Source of the DNA: Nostoc sp.
Lineage (GTDB): Bacteria > Cyanobacteriota > Cyanobacteriia > Cyanobacteriales > Nostocaceae
DNA length: 64,000 nucleotides
Assembly: GCA_036918135.1 (NCBI GenBank)
Contig: JBALDB010000069.1
Span: 1 to 64,000, forward strand
Direction of reading: 5' to 3'
Made by a program: the position numbers and the translations under genes. The notes under the pieces are model-generated. The model was not told the DNA's origin and made no database searches. It was given only the letters and a program-made list of their open reading frames with translations. This document shows, in pieces, positions 46,704 to 56,686 of this stretch (position 1 is the stretch's first letter; each line of letters opens with the position of its first letter).

Positions 46704-48212
46704 ATGGTCAATCAAAACCAAACACCTTTATTAGACGCCTTAAAAGCCAATGCAGCAAGACCCCATGCACCTTTTTACACCCCAGGACACAAACAAGGCA
46801 AGGGAATTTCTCAACCCTTTGCCGATTTATTTGGCAAAGCCGTCTTTAGCGCTGACTTAACCGAATTGGCAGATTTAGATAATCTCTTTGCACCCCAAGG
46901 CGTTATTCAAGAAGCACAACAACTTGCGGCTGAAGCATTTGGCGCTTCGCAAACATGGTTCCTTGTTAATGGTTCTACCTGTGGTATTGAAGCGGCAATT
47001 CTCGCTACCTGTGGCACAGGCGATAAAATCATTTTGCCTCGCAATGTACATTTATCTGCGATCGCTGGTTTAATTCTCTCCGGTGCTATACCAATTTTTC
47101 TCAATCCTGAATACGATCCAGTTTTAGATATTGCCCATAGCATCACGCCCAATACCCTACAATCTGCACTCCAACAACATCCAGATGCTAAAGCAGTGTT
47201 GACAGTTTACCCAACATATTACGGCGTTTGTGGAGATTTGAGTGCGATCGCCAACATCACACATCAATATAATATCCCTCTACTCGTAGATGAGGCACAC
47301 GGCGCACACTTTGCCTTTCATCCGGAATTACCCACTCCAGCTTTAGCCGCAGGTGCAGATTTAACTGTACAATCCATCCACAAGGTACTTGGTGCGATGA
47401 CACAGGCATCGATGTTGCATATCCAAGGTGAGAGGATAAATAGCAATCGCATTAGTAAAGCTTTGCAACTCCTACAATCTACCAGTCCTAGCTATATACT
47501 TTTAGCTTCTCTAGATGCAGCACGTCAGCAAATGGCGCTTGACGGAAAAATGCTGATGTCTCACACTTTGCAACTCGCTGAGGAAGCTATAACCAAAATT
47601 AGCCAAATTCCTGGATTATCTGTTTTGCAGATTCCCTCTACTAATCAAGGGAGATTAGCAGAATCTCCTGGCTTTGTGGCTTTAGACAAAACGCGACTAA
47701 CTGTAACTGTTTCTAAATTAGGTTTAACCGGATTTGCAGCAGATGAAATTTTGGATGACAAATTTGCCGTTACTGCTGAATTTCCCTCCCAGCAACACCT
47801 TACTTTTATCATCAGTTTGGGCAATACAGCAGTCGATATTCAGCAATTAGTCCAAGGTTTTACCATTCTTGCCAAAGAATATGGGCGAACCAATGTGAGT
47901 GTTAAAAATGATATTTGCCAGAATCTTCCTACAAAAGTGGGTACTAATTTGTATTTGTCTCCCCGCGAAGCTTTTTTTGCTGCTAGTGAAACATTACCTT
48001 TCACAAAAACTTGCGATTGCATTTGTGCCGAAATCGTCTGTCCCTATCCTCCGGGAATTCCCGTATTAATGCCAGGGGAACTCATCACCAAACCCGTTCT
48101 TGACTACTTGCAACAAATTCAGGCGATGGGGGGACTGATTGGCGGTTGCAATGACACTAGCCTCAAAACTTTGAAGGTGGTGAAATCACCTACTAATTTT
48201 ATCAAAATTTAG
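46704..48212 (+). CDS. Orn/Lys/Arg decarboxylase family PLP enzyme
   Basis: FYTPGHK, LVNGST, VDEAHGAH, QSIHK (PLP lysine), STSPSY, PYPPGIP. Confidence 0.92.
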   Translation: MVNQNQTPLLDALKANAARPHAPFYTPGHKQGKGISQPFADLFGKAVFSADLTELADLDNLFAPQGVIQEAQQLAAEAFGASQTWFLVNGSTCGIEAAILATCGTGDKIILPRNVHLSAIAGLILSGAIPIFLNPEYDPVLDIAHSITPNTLQSALQQHPDAKAVLTVYPTYYGVCGDLSAIANITHQYNIPLLVDEAHGAHFAFHPELPTPALAAGADLTVQSIHKVLGAMTQASMLHIQGERINSNRISKALQLLQSTSPSYILLASLDAARQQMALDGKMLMSHTLQLAEEAITKISQIPGLSVLQIPSTNQGRLAESPGFVALDKTRLTVTVSKLGLTGFAADEILDDKFAVTAEFPSQQHLTFIISLGNTAVDIQQLVQGFTILAKEYGRTNVSVKNDICQNLPTKVGTNLYLSPREAFFAASETLPFTKTCDCICAEIVCPYPPGIPVLMPGELITKPVLDYLQQIQAMGGLIGGCNDTSLKTLKVVKSPTNFIKI

Positions 48213-48511
48213 AATCTAGAATCGGTAAATTTATCAAATTTTTAAATCCAACTTTATCACTTTCATAAAATCAAGTAGCTTACTAAAATTGACTTCTCAG
48301 GCATTCTGACCTCTATATTCTGACTCGGAAATTATTTTTGATAAAAATTTTATTTGTCTAGTCAATAGTAAATATGCGGTTAAGCAGATAATTTATAGGA
48401 AAATATACAGATGTGATGGCAGCTATGAAAATTTCATAAAAAGGTCTACTAGATTAATGCAATTTGTGATTTCTATTTTTAGGATGATATTGATAATTCC
48501 TAAACTAGAAG

Positions 48512-49495
48512 ATGAAATTAAAAACTTATTATGTTTGCGGACAAGTAGCAGTTCCGATTATAGTGACTTTAGCACTGGGTTTCTCAGCAAAAGCAAATGC
48601 AGTTGAGTTAGGCGCTGCGTCTGATTACAATGTCTTTGTTTTGGGAGACATCTCTCAAAAATATACAGATATAGAAGGAAAACTTGCTGCTGGCGGGAAT
48701 GTGAATTTCGTCGGGGGACTTGGAAGCAGACTTTCTAATAATAGTGGCAACGTAGTAGTAGCCGGACAAAACTTGACTCTGAGCAATGGTCAAGTCTACC
48801 ACGGAAATGCAGTCTATGGAGCCACCGCCAATGTCTCTAGTAATGTAGGATTTCCTCAAGGAACTCTTAGTAAAGCTAATCCCATCGACTTTAAAGCAGC
48901 AGGAGAAGAATTGCGATCGCTATCGCAATATTTTGCAACCTTAACTCCTACTGGTAAGACAACAGTTCAACCTTGGGGTGCTATTAACCTGAGTGGCAGT
49001 GGTACTGCTTTGAATGTTTTTAATCTTGCAGGCTCGGATGTCTCCAAGACAAACTATTTTGAAATCAAGGGAGACCCAAATTCAACTATCCTTGTCAATA
49101 TCAGCGGTAAGGATGTGTCGCTGCAAAACTTTGGTTTCAACATCCTTGGCACAGATAAACAAAAGGTGATTTACAACTTTTATGAAGCTACTAACCTAAC
49201 TGCCAGTGGTATTGGTATCCAAGGTAGTATTCTTGCTCCTTTAGCTAATTTCAACTTCAATAACGGTCAAGTTAACGGTAACGTGGTGGTAGCTTCCTTG
49301 ACAGGAAATGGCGAGTCTCACAACTATCTGTTTAATGGCGATCTGCCAAGTCTGCCGACTAAGTACTACACTAAGCCGAACCCTCCCACTCATACTCAGG
49401 TTCCAGAGCCTGCAAATGTTCCAGGTTTAGGATTAATTGCTGTAGTATTTGGTGTATTTCGCCACAAACGCAAGTCTCTAACTTCCCTAAAATAG
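48512..49495 (+). CDS. Choice-of-anchor A family surface protein with PEP-CTERM sorting signal
   Basis: Signal peptide, YNVFVLGD...DIEG..AAGG, IYNFYEAT, GSILAP.A, C-terminal VPEP-hydrophobic-RHKRK. Confidence 0.88.
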   Translation: MKLKTYYVCGQVAVPIIVTLALGFSAKANAVELGAASDYNVFVLGDISQKYTDIEGKLAAGGNVNFVGGLGSRLSNNSGNVVVAGQNLTLSNGQVYHGNAVYGATANVSSNVGFPQGTLSKANPIDFKAAGEELRSLSQYFATLTPTGKTTVQPWGAINLSGSGTALNVFNLAGSDVSKTNYFEIKGDPNSTILVNISGKDVSLQNFGFNILGTDKQKVIYNFYEATNLTASGIGIQGSILAPLANFNFNNGQVNGNVVVASLTGNGESHNYLFNGDLPSLPTKYYTKPNPPTHTQVPEPANVPGLGLIAVVFGVFRHKRKSLTSLK

Positions 49496-49514
49496 TCAGA
49501 AATTTTTGGCAGCT

Positions 49515-49559
49515 TAGCGCATGAAGCGAACTTGTTTAGAGATTTTCGCTCATGCGCTA
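49515..49559 (+). terminator. Stem-loop after the PEP-CTERM gene
   Basis: TAGCGCATGAAGCGAA / TTCGCTCATGCGCTA inverted repeat with one bulge. Confidence 0.55.
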
Positions 49560-49629
49560 TTTCCTTGTCCCTACCTTCTACAATAAGGATAGACTTTGTT
49601 GAGATTTGTATAGTTGGGGAAAAGCTGTC

Positions 49630-50649
49630 ATGGCTCCCGCCGTTTTAATTCAAAATCTGCAAAAATCCTACGGCACGGTAGTTGCCGTCAAGGATGTTTC
49701 CTTTCAGGTAGAGTCAGGAGAAATCTTTGGTTTACTTGGCCCCAACGGTGCTGGTAAAACTACTACCTTGCGTGCCTTGTGTACACTCACCACACCGGAT
49801 GCTGGCAAAATCGAAGTATCCGGCATCTCTGTATTAGATAATCCGAGAGTAGCAAGACAACGACTAGGCTATGTAGCTCAGGAAGTCGCTATAGATAAAG
49901 TGTTGACTGGACGAGAATTACTGCAATTGCAAGCAGCACTTTATCACCTCCCAAGCGCAGTAGCCAAACAGCGTATTGAGACAGTATTGGATTTACTCGG
50001 TTTACAAGAATACGCCAATAAAAAAACCGGAACCTACTCTGGCGGTTTACGCAAGCGCTTAGATTTAGCTGCTGGCTTACTCCATGCACCGGATGTTTTA
50101 GTCTTAGATGAGCCAACTGTAGGACTTGACATAGAAAGCCGTTTTGTGGTGTGGGAATTTTTGAGAAAATTACGCGCCTCTGGGACAACGGTAGTAATTA
50201 CCAGCCATTATTTAGAAGAGATTGACGCCCTAGCCGATCGCGTGGCAATTATCGATCGCGGTGTTGTAATTGCTGTTGGCACACCTTCACAATTGAAAGA
50301 CCGATTAGGGGGCGATCGCATTACTTTGCGAATTCAAGAATTTTCCCCAATAGAAGAAGCCGAAAAAGCCAAAAACCTCTTGCAAACTTTGCCGTTTGTG
50401 CAAGAAGTTATTGTTAACAGCGCTCAAGGTAATTCTCTCAATTTGGTGGTCACACCCCAAAATGACGTTCTGATTAACATCCAGCAAACGCTAAATACTG
50501 CTGGCTTGCCCATATTTGGCATCGCCCAATCTCGCCCCAGTCTTGATGATGTTTACCTCGCTGCTACAGGACGCACACTGATGGATGCAGAACTAGCAGC
50601 CATTGCCACTCGCGATCCGAAAGCTGAGAAAAAGCAGAATATGAGATAG
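49630..50649 (+). CDS. ABC-2 exporter ATP-binding subunit (DrrA-like)
   Basis: GPNGAGKTT, YSGG, LDEPT.GLD, TSHY; start at MAPAV. Confidence 0.92.
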   Translation: MAPAVLIQNLQKSYGTVVAVKDVSFQVESGEIFGLLGPNGAGKTTTLRALCTLTTPDAGKIEVSGISVLDNPRVARQRLGYVAQEVAIDKVLTGRELLQLQAALYHLPSAVAKQRIETVLDLLGLQEYANKKTGTYSGGLRKRLDLAAGLLHAPDVLVLDEPTVGLDIESRFVVWEFLRKLRASGTTVVITSHYLEEIDALADRVAIIDRGVVIAVGTPSQLKDRLGGDRITLRIQEFSPIEEAEKAKNLLQTLPFVQEVIVNSAQGNSLNLVVTPQNDVLINIQQTLNTAGLPIFGIAQSRPSLDDVYLAATGRTLMDAELAAIATRDPKAEKKQNMR

Positions 50650-50734
50650 GGAATGGGGACTGGGGGCTGGGAAAATTTCTTCCCAATACCCCATACCCCA
50701 ATCCAAAATTTAAAATCCAAAATTCATAATTCTC

Positions 50735-51622
50735 ATGAGTGTTACCCCTAAATCTGATATCAATTGGCAAACACTAGCATCACCCCAAGTTGTTGCTAAT
50801 GCTGCTCCTAATTTTTTTGCTGAATTGGTACAAGAGACGCTGGCTTTAACTCGTCGGCTGTTTATTCAGTTGCAACGGCGTCCCTCGACATTAGTTGCTG
50901 GAATTATTCAGCCGGTGATGTGGTTAGTGCTGTTTGGCGCTTTATTCCAAAATGCACCCAAGGGTTTGTTTGGTAGTACGACAAATTACGGACAATTTTT
51001 GGCTGCTGGCGTAATTGTATTTACAGCCTTTGCAGGAGCGCTAAATGCTGGTTTACCTGTAATGTTTGACCGCGAGTTCGGTTTTTTAAATCGTTTGCTG
51101 GTAGCACCTTTAGCATCACGATTTTCCATTGTCTTTGCTTCGGCAATCTTCATTATCAGTCAAAGTTTACTCCAAGCAGCCGTAATTGTAGGAGCAGCAG
51201 CGTTTTTAGGTGCCGGACTACCTAATGCAGCTGGTTTGGGTGCGATCGCTTTAATTGTTTTTCTTTTAGCCTTGGGTGTGACAGCGATTTCTCTGGGTTT
51301 AGCTTTTGCCTTACCCGGTCACATCGAACTGATTGCAGTGATTTTTGTCACTAACCTACCATTATTATTTGCTAGTACAGCTTTGGCTCCTCTATCTTTT
51401 ATGCCTGGCTGGTTGCAGGTTGTGGCTACCCTGAATCCTCTTAGTTATGCGATCGAACCGATTCGCTATCTCTATCTCCACAGTAGTTGGGCTTTGGATA
51501 GTGTGGTTATGCAGGCTCCTTGGGGCGATGTTACCTTTGGCGGAGCGTTATTGGTGTTGTTTGGCTTTGCCCTTGTTGCCTTAGTTAGCATTCAGCCCCA
51601 ACTGCGTCGGACTCTTGCTTAA
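50735..51622 (+). CDS. ABC-2 exporter permease
   Basis: FDREFGFLNRLLVAPL, LNPLSYA, about six TM segments. Confidence 0.9.
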   Translation: MSVTPKSDINWQTLASPQVVANAAPNFFAELVQETLALTRRLFIQLQRRPSTLVAGIIQPVMWLVLFGALFQNAPKGLFGSTTNYGQFLAAGVIVFTAFAGALNAGLPVMFDREFGFLNRLLVAPLASRFSIVFASAIFIISQSLLQAAVIVGAAAFLGAGLPNAAGLGAIALIVFLLALGVTAISLGLAFALPGHIELIAVIFVTNLPLLFASTALAPLSFMPGWLQVVATLNPLSYAIEPIRYLYLHSSWALDSVVMQAPWGDVTFGGALLVLFGFALVALVSIQPQLRRTLA

Positions 51623-51654
51623 GATAAAATAGAGCCATTTAAGGGTCAAAATCT

Positions 51655-52050
51655 ATGAAAAAAACATTTTTACAAATTCCTAGACTCTTTGTAGCTACAG
51701 TCGCAGGAATTAGTTTCGCTTCCTTGCTCCTGGCTCAACCCAGTTCGGCTCAGATAGCCAGCCCAACCGATCCTTTTCCCAGTACTAGTACAACAGACCA
51801 AAATACCGATCCCTTCTCCCGCTCAAACTCAGATAATTTCAACATGTTTGACCTAATTCATCGAGCGAATTTTGGGACTCTCAACTGGAATCCTGAGCAA
51901 CAGAACCAACAATTAGACTCAGCAGCAGCAGCTTTTAAAGCAAGGCAACAAAAACTAATTCAAGGTCAACAGCAAACAACCCCTGGTTTGCCAGCGGTTA
52001 CATCACCATCAGTTACCCAACCATTGGTTATACCACCATCAGGTAACTGA
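51655..52050 (+). CDS. Hypothetical secreted protein
   Basis: Signal peptide ending SSA-Q; FDLIHRANFG segment; Q/P/T-rich tail. Confidence 0.7.
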   Translation: MKKTFLQIPRLFVATVAGISFASLLLAQPSSAQIASPTDPFPSTSTTDQNTDPFSRSNSDNFNMFDLIHRANFGTLNWNPEQQNQQLDSAAAAFKARQQKLIQGQQQTTPGLPAVTSPSVTQPLVIPPSGN

Positions 52051-52061
52051 ATTCAAATAAA

Positions 52062-52091
52062 TAACCCCAATCCCTGAATAAATTGGGGTTA
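52062..52091. terminator. Hairpin between convergent genes
   Basis: TAACCCCAAT / ATTGGGGTTA. Confidence 0.6.
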
Positions 52092-52126
52092 GACTTCTCA
52101 AAAATCCTTAATTATCTGGCAAAAAA

Positions 52127-52564
52127 CTACAACCCAAGTGCAGCTAAAATATCTTCAGCATGAGTGCTGGTATTTACAGCAGCATCAACATGGGAAATTT
52201 TACCGTCAGGGCTAATTACGTAGGTGACGCGCTTGGCATAACCGCCGCCATCCACATCAAAAGATTCGATCAGGGATTTGTCGGTGTCAGCCAGTAAAGG
52301 AAAATTCAAATTATATTTTTGGGTAAATGCCTGATGAGAGACTTCATCATCTGCACTGACTCCCAATATAACGACATCTTTACCTTGATATTTAGATTGA
52401 GCGTCCCGGAAACTACAAGCTTGTTTAGTGCAGCCAGGAGTGTCATCTTTGGGGTAAAAATACAAAACAACTGTCTTGCCAGCAAAATCAGATAAAGAGA
52501 TTGTGTTGCCGTTTGTATCTTTGGCGGTAAATGCAGGTGCATCCGTACCAACTGCTAGAGGCAT
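52127..52564 (-). CDS. Peroxiredoxin (BCP/PrxQ)
   Basis: LYFYPKDDTPGCTKQAC. Confidence 0.93.
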   Translation of the reverse strand: MPLAVGTDAPAFTAKDTNGNTISLSDFAGKTVVLYFYPKDDTPGCTKQACSFRDAQSKYQGKDVVILGVSADDEVSHQAFTQKYNLNFPLLADTDKSLIESFDVDGGGYAKRVTYVISPDGKISHVDAAVNTSTHAEDILAALGL

Positions 52565-52756
52565 AATTAACCTTTCCTGTTTCAGATTGTTGATGCACTT
52601 GAAATTTTACATTAATTTATAATGATTAAATATATTTACTAAAAAATAACATAAATATATTTTAGGTAACCAAATTTTGCTTAGATAAAGTAACTGGTAC
52701 AAAAAATATATTCTGGAATTAATTTTTATTAAAAGAAAAATTTCTACCCATACACA

Positions 52757-53161
52757 ATGCCTCCTGTTGATTCCCAAAACCCAAAAACTTTTGTTTATCC
52801 TCCTAGCACAATAGAAAGAGCCGATCGCTCGCTAATATGTTCCCCTTTTAATCCATCTTTATTTGAAGTCATGCGACACCAGAGTGTGTCATTGAGTGCG
52901 ATAGCCCTAGAAAATGGATTCAAGCAGGGTTATACTCAACGCCCTTTATCAGAATTAGCATGTGACGACGCTTTGGGTTGGCTGATTCAAGTGGGCGTAT
53001 TGCGGCGAGAAGTTGATGGTCAGGGAATTACAGATAGTTTTCGCCTCACTCCCTTAGGACGCCAGTTGATAGAACAATACCAGGGGAAAAATTGGCGTAC
53101 TCCTTCATGGCGCGATCGTTTATACAATACTGTGATTCGTTGGTTGCGCCTACCCTTTTAG
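52757..53161 (+). CDS. Conserved cyanobacterial protein (Npun_F0494-like)
   Basis: WLIQVGVLRREVDGQGITDSFRLTPLG. Confidence 0.75.
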   Translation: MPPVDSQNPKTFVYPPSTIERADRSLICSPFNPSLFEVMRHQSVSLSAIALENGFKQGYTQRPLSELACDDALGWLIQVGVLRREVDGQGITDSFRLTPLGRQLIEQYQGKNWRTPSWRDRLYNTVIRWLRLPF

Positions 53162-53436
53162 AACAGAAAACTAAAGAGTTAGGATTAACGAATCAAAGGG
53201 AACAATAAATATACGGAAACATCACATTTATTGATGAAGTCTTTACAATGTGGTGGAGTATTGGGTATGGAGCATTGGGCATTGGAAGTGTCAGAGGGAT
53301 GGTGTGTGTAGTTTCGCCCATCTCCCTCATCTGTCGGTTGGTGAGTTTCGACTACGCTCAACTACCGCAAAGTAGAACCACATCTCCCTCATGCCCCCAA
53401 AATTTCACCCTATATATTAAAAATCTGATAGTGACT

Positions 53437-54915
53437 ATGAAATCAATTATGGTGGTGGGGACAACATCCCACGCAGGGAAATCACTCTTAACTACAGCTA
53501 TTTGTCGGATTTTGTCGCGGCGCGGCTGGCGAGTGGCTCCCTTCAAAGGTCAAAATATGGCTTTAAATGCTTATGTCACTGCCAATGGTGGAGAAATTGG
53601 CTACGCCCAAGCAGTACAAGCCTGGGCAGCAGGAGTCGTACCTTGGGTAGAAATGAACCCGATTTTACTCAAACCCCAAGGAGATACGACTTCGCAAGTA
53701 ATTATTAAAGGTAGACCTGTGGGCAAAGTAAGTGCCGCAGATTACTACGAGCAATATTTTGAACTGGGGTGGCGGACAATTGAAGAATCGCTACAGCATT
53801 TAGGAACAGAATTTGACTTGTTGGTTTGTGAAGGTGCCGGTAGTCCAGCGGAGATTAACCTCAAGCACCGCGACTTAACGAATATGCGGGTAGCAAAATA
53901 TTTAAATGCGCCAACCATACTAGTAGTTGATATTGACCGGGGCGGTGCTTTTGCCCATGTGGTAGGCACTTTAGAGTTATTAGAAGCTGATGAACGCGCT
54001 TTAGTTAAAGGTGTAGTAATTAACAAGTTTCGAGGACAGCGATCGCTTCTAGAACCAGGAATAAAATGGTTAGAAGAACGCATCGGTATTCCCGTTGTTG
54101 GCGTTATACCTTACTTACAAGAAGTATTTCCGGCGGAAGATTCTCTCGGTCTGCTAGAACGTCAATCAATCAAAGCCCACAGTGACCTCAACATTGCTGT
54201 TATCCGTTTACCTAGAATTGCCAACTTCACCGACTTTGACCCTTTAGAATCAGAAAGCTCAGTTTCAGTAAAATTTCTCAGTCCAAAGCAAGATTTGGGA
54301 CATCCAGATGCAGTAATTATCCCAGGGACAAAGACCACAATTCCTGATTTATTACTGCTACAAAAAAGCGGTATGGCAGAAGCTATTCAACATTATGCTG
54401 CTTCTGGCGGTACGGTTTTAGGCATCTGCGGTGGATATCAAATGCTCGGACAAATCATAGCCGACCCAGAAGGGATAGAAGGACAAGCTGGCAGATATCA
54501 GGGGTTAAATCTGTTACCAATCAGAACTGTAATTACAGGACAGAAAATTGCCCGTCAGCGACAAGTTAGCTCGAATTATCCTCAACTGGGCTTGCCAGTC
54601 AACGGCTTTGAAATCCACCAAGGGCGATCGCGCATTGAACAGCAAGGAATAGATACCCAATCATACCATGCACTATTTGACGATGTTAACTTAGGGTTAG
54701 TAGATAGTTGTCAATCAGTTTGGGGTACTTACCTCCACGGGATTTTTGATAACGGGCCTTGGCGACGGGCTTGGTTAAATCGCCTCCGTCAACAACGGGG
54801 TTTAAAATCTTTGCCCACTGGTGTTGCTAACTACCGAGAACAGCGAGAGCAGATTTTGGATTCGCTAGCCATTGAAGTTGAAAGCCATTTAGATTTAACT
54901 CCATTTTTGTCTTAA
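53437..54915 (+). CDS. cobQ: Cobyric acid synthase
   Basis: GTTSHAGKS, PFKGQNMALN, MNPILLKP, EGAGSPAEINL, GICGGYQMLG, GTYLHG; start at MKSIMVVG. Confidence 0.95.
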   Translation: MKSIMVVGTTSHAGKSLLTTAICRILSRRGWRVAPFKGQNMALNAYVTANGGEIGYAQAVQAWAAGVVPWVEMNPILLKPQGDTTSQVIIKGRPVGKVSAADYYEQYFELGWRTIEESLQHLGTEFDLLVCEGAGSPAEINLKHRDLTNMRVAKYLNAPTILVVDIDRGGAFAHVVGTLELLEADERALVKGVVINKFRGQRSLLEPGIKWLEERIGIPVVGVIPYLQEVFPAEDSLGLLERQSIKAHSDLNIAVIRLPRIANFTDFDPLESESSVSVKFLSPKQDLGHPDAVIIPGTKTTIPDLLLLQKSGMAEAIQHYAASGGTVLGICGGYQMLGQIIADPEGIEGQAGRYQGLNLLPIRTVITGQKIARQRQVSSNYPQLGLPVNGFEIHQGRSRIEQQGIDTQSYHALFDDVNLGLVDSCQSVWGTYLHGIFDNGPWRRAWLNRLRQQRGLKSLPTGVANYREQREQILDSLAIEVESHLDLTPFLS

Positions 54916-54996
54916 GTTAAAATGCTTTGAAATGTCATTAGTCATTTGCTTTAGACAAACGACAAATGACAATACTAAATCAAAACCATAAGATTG

Positions 54997-55233
54997 ATGA
55001 CTGTTCGTGTCCGATTTCTACCAGATGATGTCACAGTAGACGCCGAAGTGGGTGAAGCCCTTTTAGATGTAGCAGACCGGGCTGGAATATTTATTCCCAC
55101 TGGTTGTTTGATGGGGTCTTGTTACGCTTGTACTGTGGAATTAGAAGATGGAGAGAACATTCGCGCTTGTATTACAGCGATACCACCAGGCGAGGAATTA
55201 ACGATTAATTTGTTTAGTGACCCAACTTGGTGA
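54997..55233 (+). CDS. Small 2Fe-2S ferredoxin-like protein
   Basis: GCLMGSCYAC...RAC cysteine pattern. Confidence 0.88.
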   Translation: MTVRVRFLPDDVTVDAEVGEALLDVADRAGIFIPTGCLMGSCYACTVELEDGENIRACITAIPPGEELTINLFSDPTW

Positions 55234-55234
55234 T

Positions 55235-55429
55235 GTGATTATTCAATAGTCTGAAGAAGATAATTGCTTCTTGGTAGGATTCCCTGATTTTCCAGGACAA
55301 CCCTGGCGGACTCATGGAGATACTTATGAGTTGTCCGTGGCAAATGGGATTGAAGCCTTAGAGACTCTAATTATCGCTTATGAAGCCACGACTGATTCAC
55401 TTCCAGAACCAACAGTAAGTAGGGTATAG
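55235..55429 (+). pseudogene. HicB-family antitoxin pseudogene (absent from the ORF track)
   Basis: Translates as VIIQ*SEEDNCFLVGFPDFPGQPWRTHGDTYELSVANGIEALETLIIAYEATTDSLPEP; TAG at 55247 where Trp is expected. Confidence 0.8.
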
Positions 55430-55592
55430 TAACGCACTTTAGTAGCTAGTGACTAATGCTGCACAATTTACTCGAACAATTGCAGGTTACTTTAATTCAA
55501 ATAGTAGTTAGTTTTACGTATTATTACTGTTTTTTAACAAGAATATAATTTGTATATTGATTTTTCACTATGCGAGTCGATGGTAAAAGCGT

Positions 55593-55826
55593 ATGAGTAT
55601 GAGTGAATTAGCACACGAAAAACTTCGTGACTTATGTGCATCTGCTGTTGATTATAGGTTGGTATATTCTTGTGGAGAGACTCCAACTTATGAGACTTAT
55701 GATTCTACAACAGAATCTGTTAAACCAGTTCCACCTAAACCTTGGTATGTCAAAAAGATTGCAAATGAGCCGGAACAGTATTTTACAGGCGGAGAATTAT
55801 ATGAATATTTGAGCCAATTAAAGTAG
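55593..55826 (+). CDS. Hypothetical protein
   Basis: 77-aa ORF, AT-rich, no motif recognised; adjacent to the next ORF. Confidence 0.5.
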   Translation: MSMSELAHEKLRDLCASAVDYRLVYSCGETPTYETYDSTTESVKPVPPKPWYVKKIANEPEQYFTGGELYEYLSQLK

Positions 55827-55827
55827 G

Positions 55828-56058
55828 TTGTCAGAGATAAATTTTATGTCAGACTACATAACAGTGCAAAACAGCAACGAGATTATCAAAATTCATAAGG
55901 ATAAATTTAGCGGTTTTATCGACACAAATTTTGATGAGGATATAATTTCTCTTGCTTATGAGGATGATAATGGTATTCCCAAAGTAGTTAAAATTTATAA
56001 AGATAAAGATCCTGCTGCCTTTGCAGAAGCCCTGGATTTTTTACAAAGTCTAAAATAA
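55828..56058 (+). CDS. Hypothetical acidic protein
   Basis: 76-aa ORF (the real start may be the internal ATG of MSDY); followed by a terminator-like hairpin. Confidence 0.5.
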   Translation: MSEINFMSDYITVQNSNEIIKIHKDKFSGFIDTNFDEDIISLAYEDDNGIPKVVKIYKDKDPAAFAEALDFLQSLK

Positions 56059-56134
56059 ATATAAACTATTTTGAAAATGCATTAATAAAGGCATCTGAAG
56101 GGTTAATACTACTCAATTTGCACTAACAATTGTT

Positions 56135-56180
56135 CAGGCAGTAAGAAATTTTTATGCATTGTTTTCTACTGCCTGTTTTT
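56135..56180. terminator. Hairpin between convergent genes
   Basis: CAGGCAGTA ... TACTGCCTG followed by TTTTT. Confidence 0.55.
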
Positions 56181-56190
56181 GCTATCTATA

Positions 56191-56634
56191 TCAATTACCT
56201 TTAACATTCAGCGCGTATTGTTTAAACCTTTCCAAATCAGCTTGAATTGTTGATTTTACTATCCGTCCCAAAAATAAGTTATCCATGATTTTACCAAGAA
56301 TGCCGGGAATAGCGTAGGAAATGGTCATTTTAACGATACTACTACCGTGGCGATCGTAAAAGCGAATCGCCCCCTGATTCGGCAAACCATCAATCGATTC
56401 CCATTGAATAATTTGGTTAGGAATAACTTTGAGAATTCGAGATTTCCAAGTAAATTCTAGACCATTACTACTCAATTTCCAAAGAGATATATCCGGATTA
56501 TCTGACGGAACCTTTACTGAATCAATCCACTTCATCCATCGGGGCATTTGCTCTAAATCAGACCAGAGGCTCCATACTAAATCTATGGGAGCTTCTACTT
56601 CTATTTGCACAGTATGCTCTAACCAATCTGACAT
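56191..56634 (-). CDS. SRPBCC (polyketide cyclase/START-like) family protein
   Basis: VEAPIDLVW.LWSDLEQMPRWM, IQWESIDGL.NQGAIRF, ADLERFK; directly downstream of zds. Confidence 0.88.
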   Translation of the reverse strand: MSDWLEHTVQIEVEAPIDLVWSLWSDLEQMPRWMKWIDSVKVPSDNPDISLWKLSSNGLEFTWKSRILKVIPNQIIQWESIDGLPNQGAIRFYDRHGSSIVKMTISYAIPGILGKIMDNLFLGRIVKSTIQADLERFKQYALNVKGN

Positions 56635-56686
56635 TATTTTTTCTTCCTTGGCGCCTACTCTTTAACAAAAGTCACTAGGTGCTATG

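Noticed and set aside
53248..53436. 63-aa N-terminal extension of CobQ
   Set aside because: Made of STRR and mini-repeat sequence; CobQ homology starts at MKSIMVVG
53162..53436. Cobalamin riboswitch upstream of cobQ
   Set aside because: No B12-box or conserved core recognised; the region is explained by repeats
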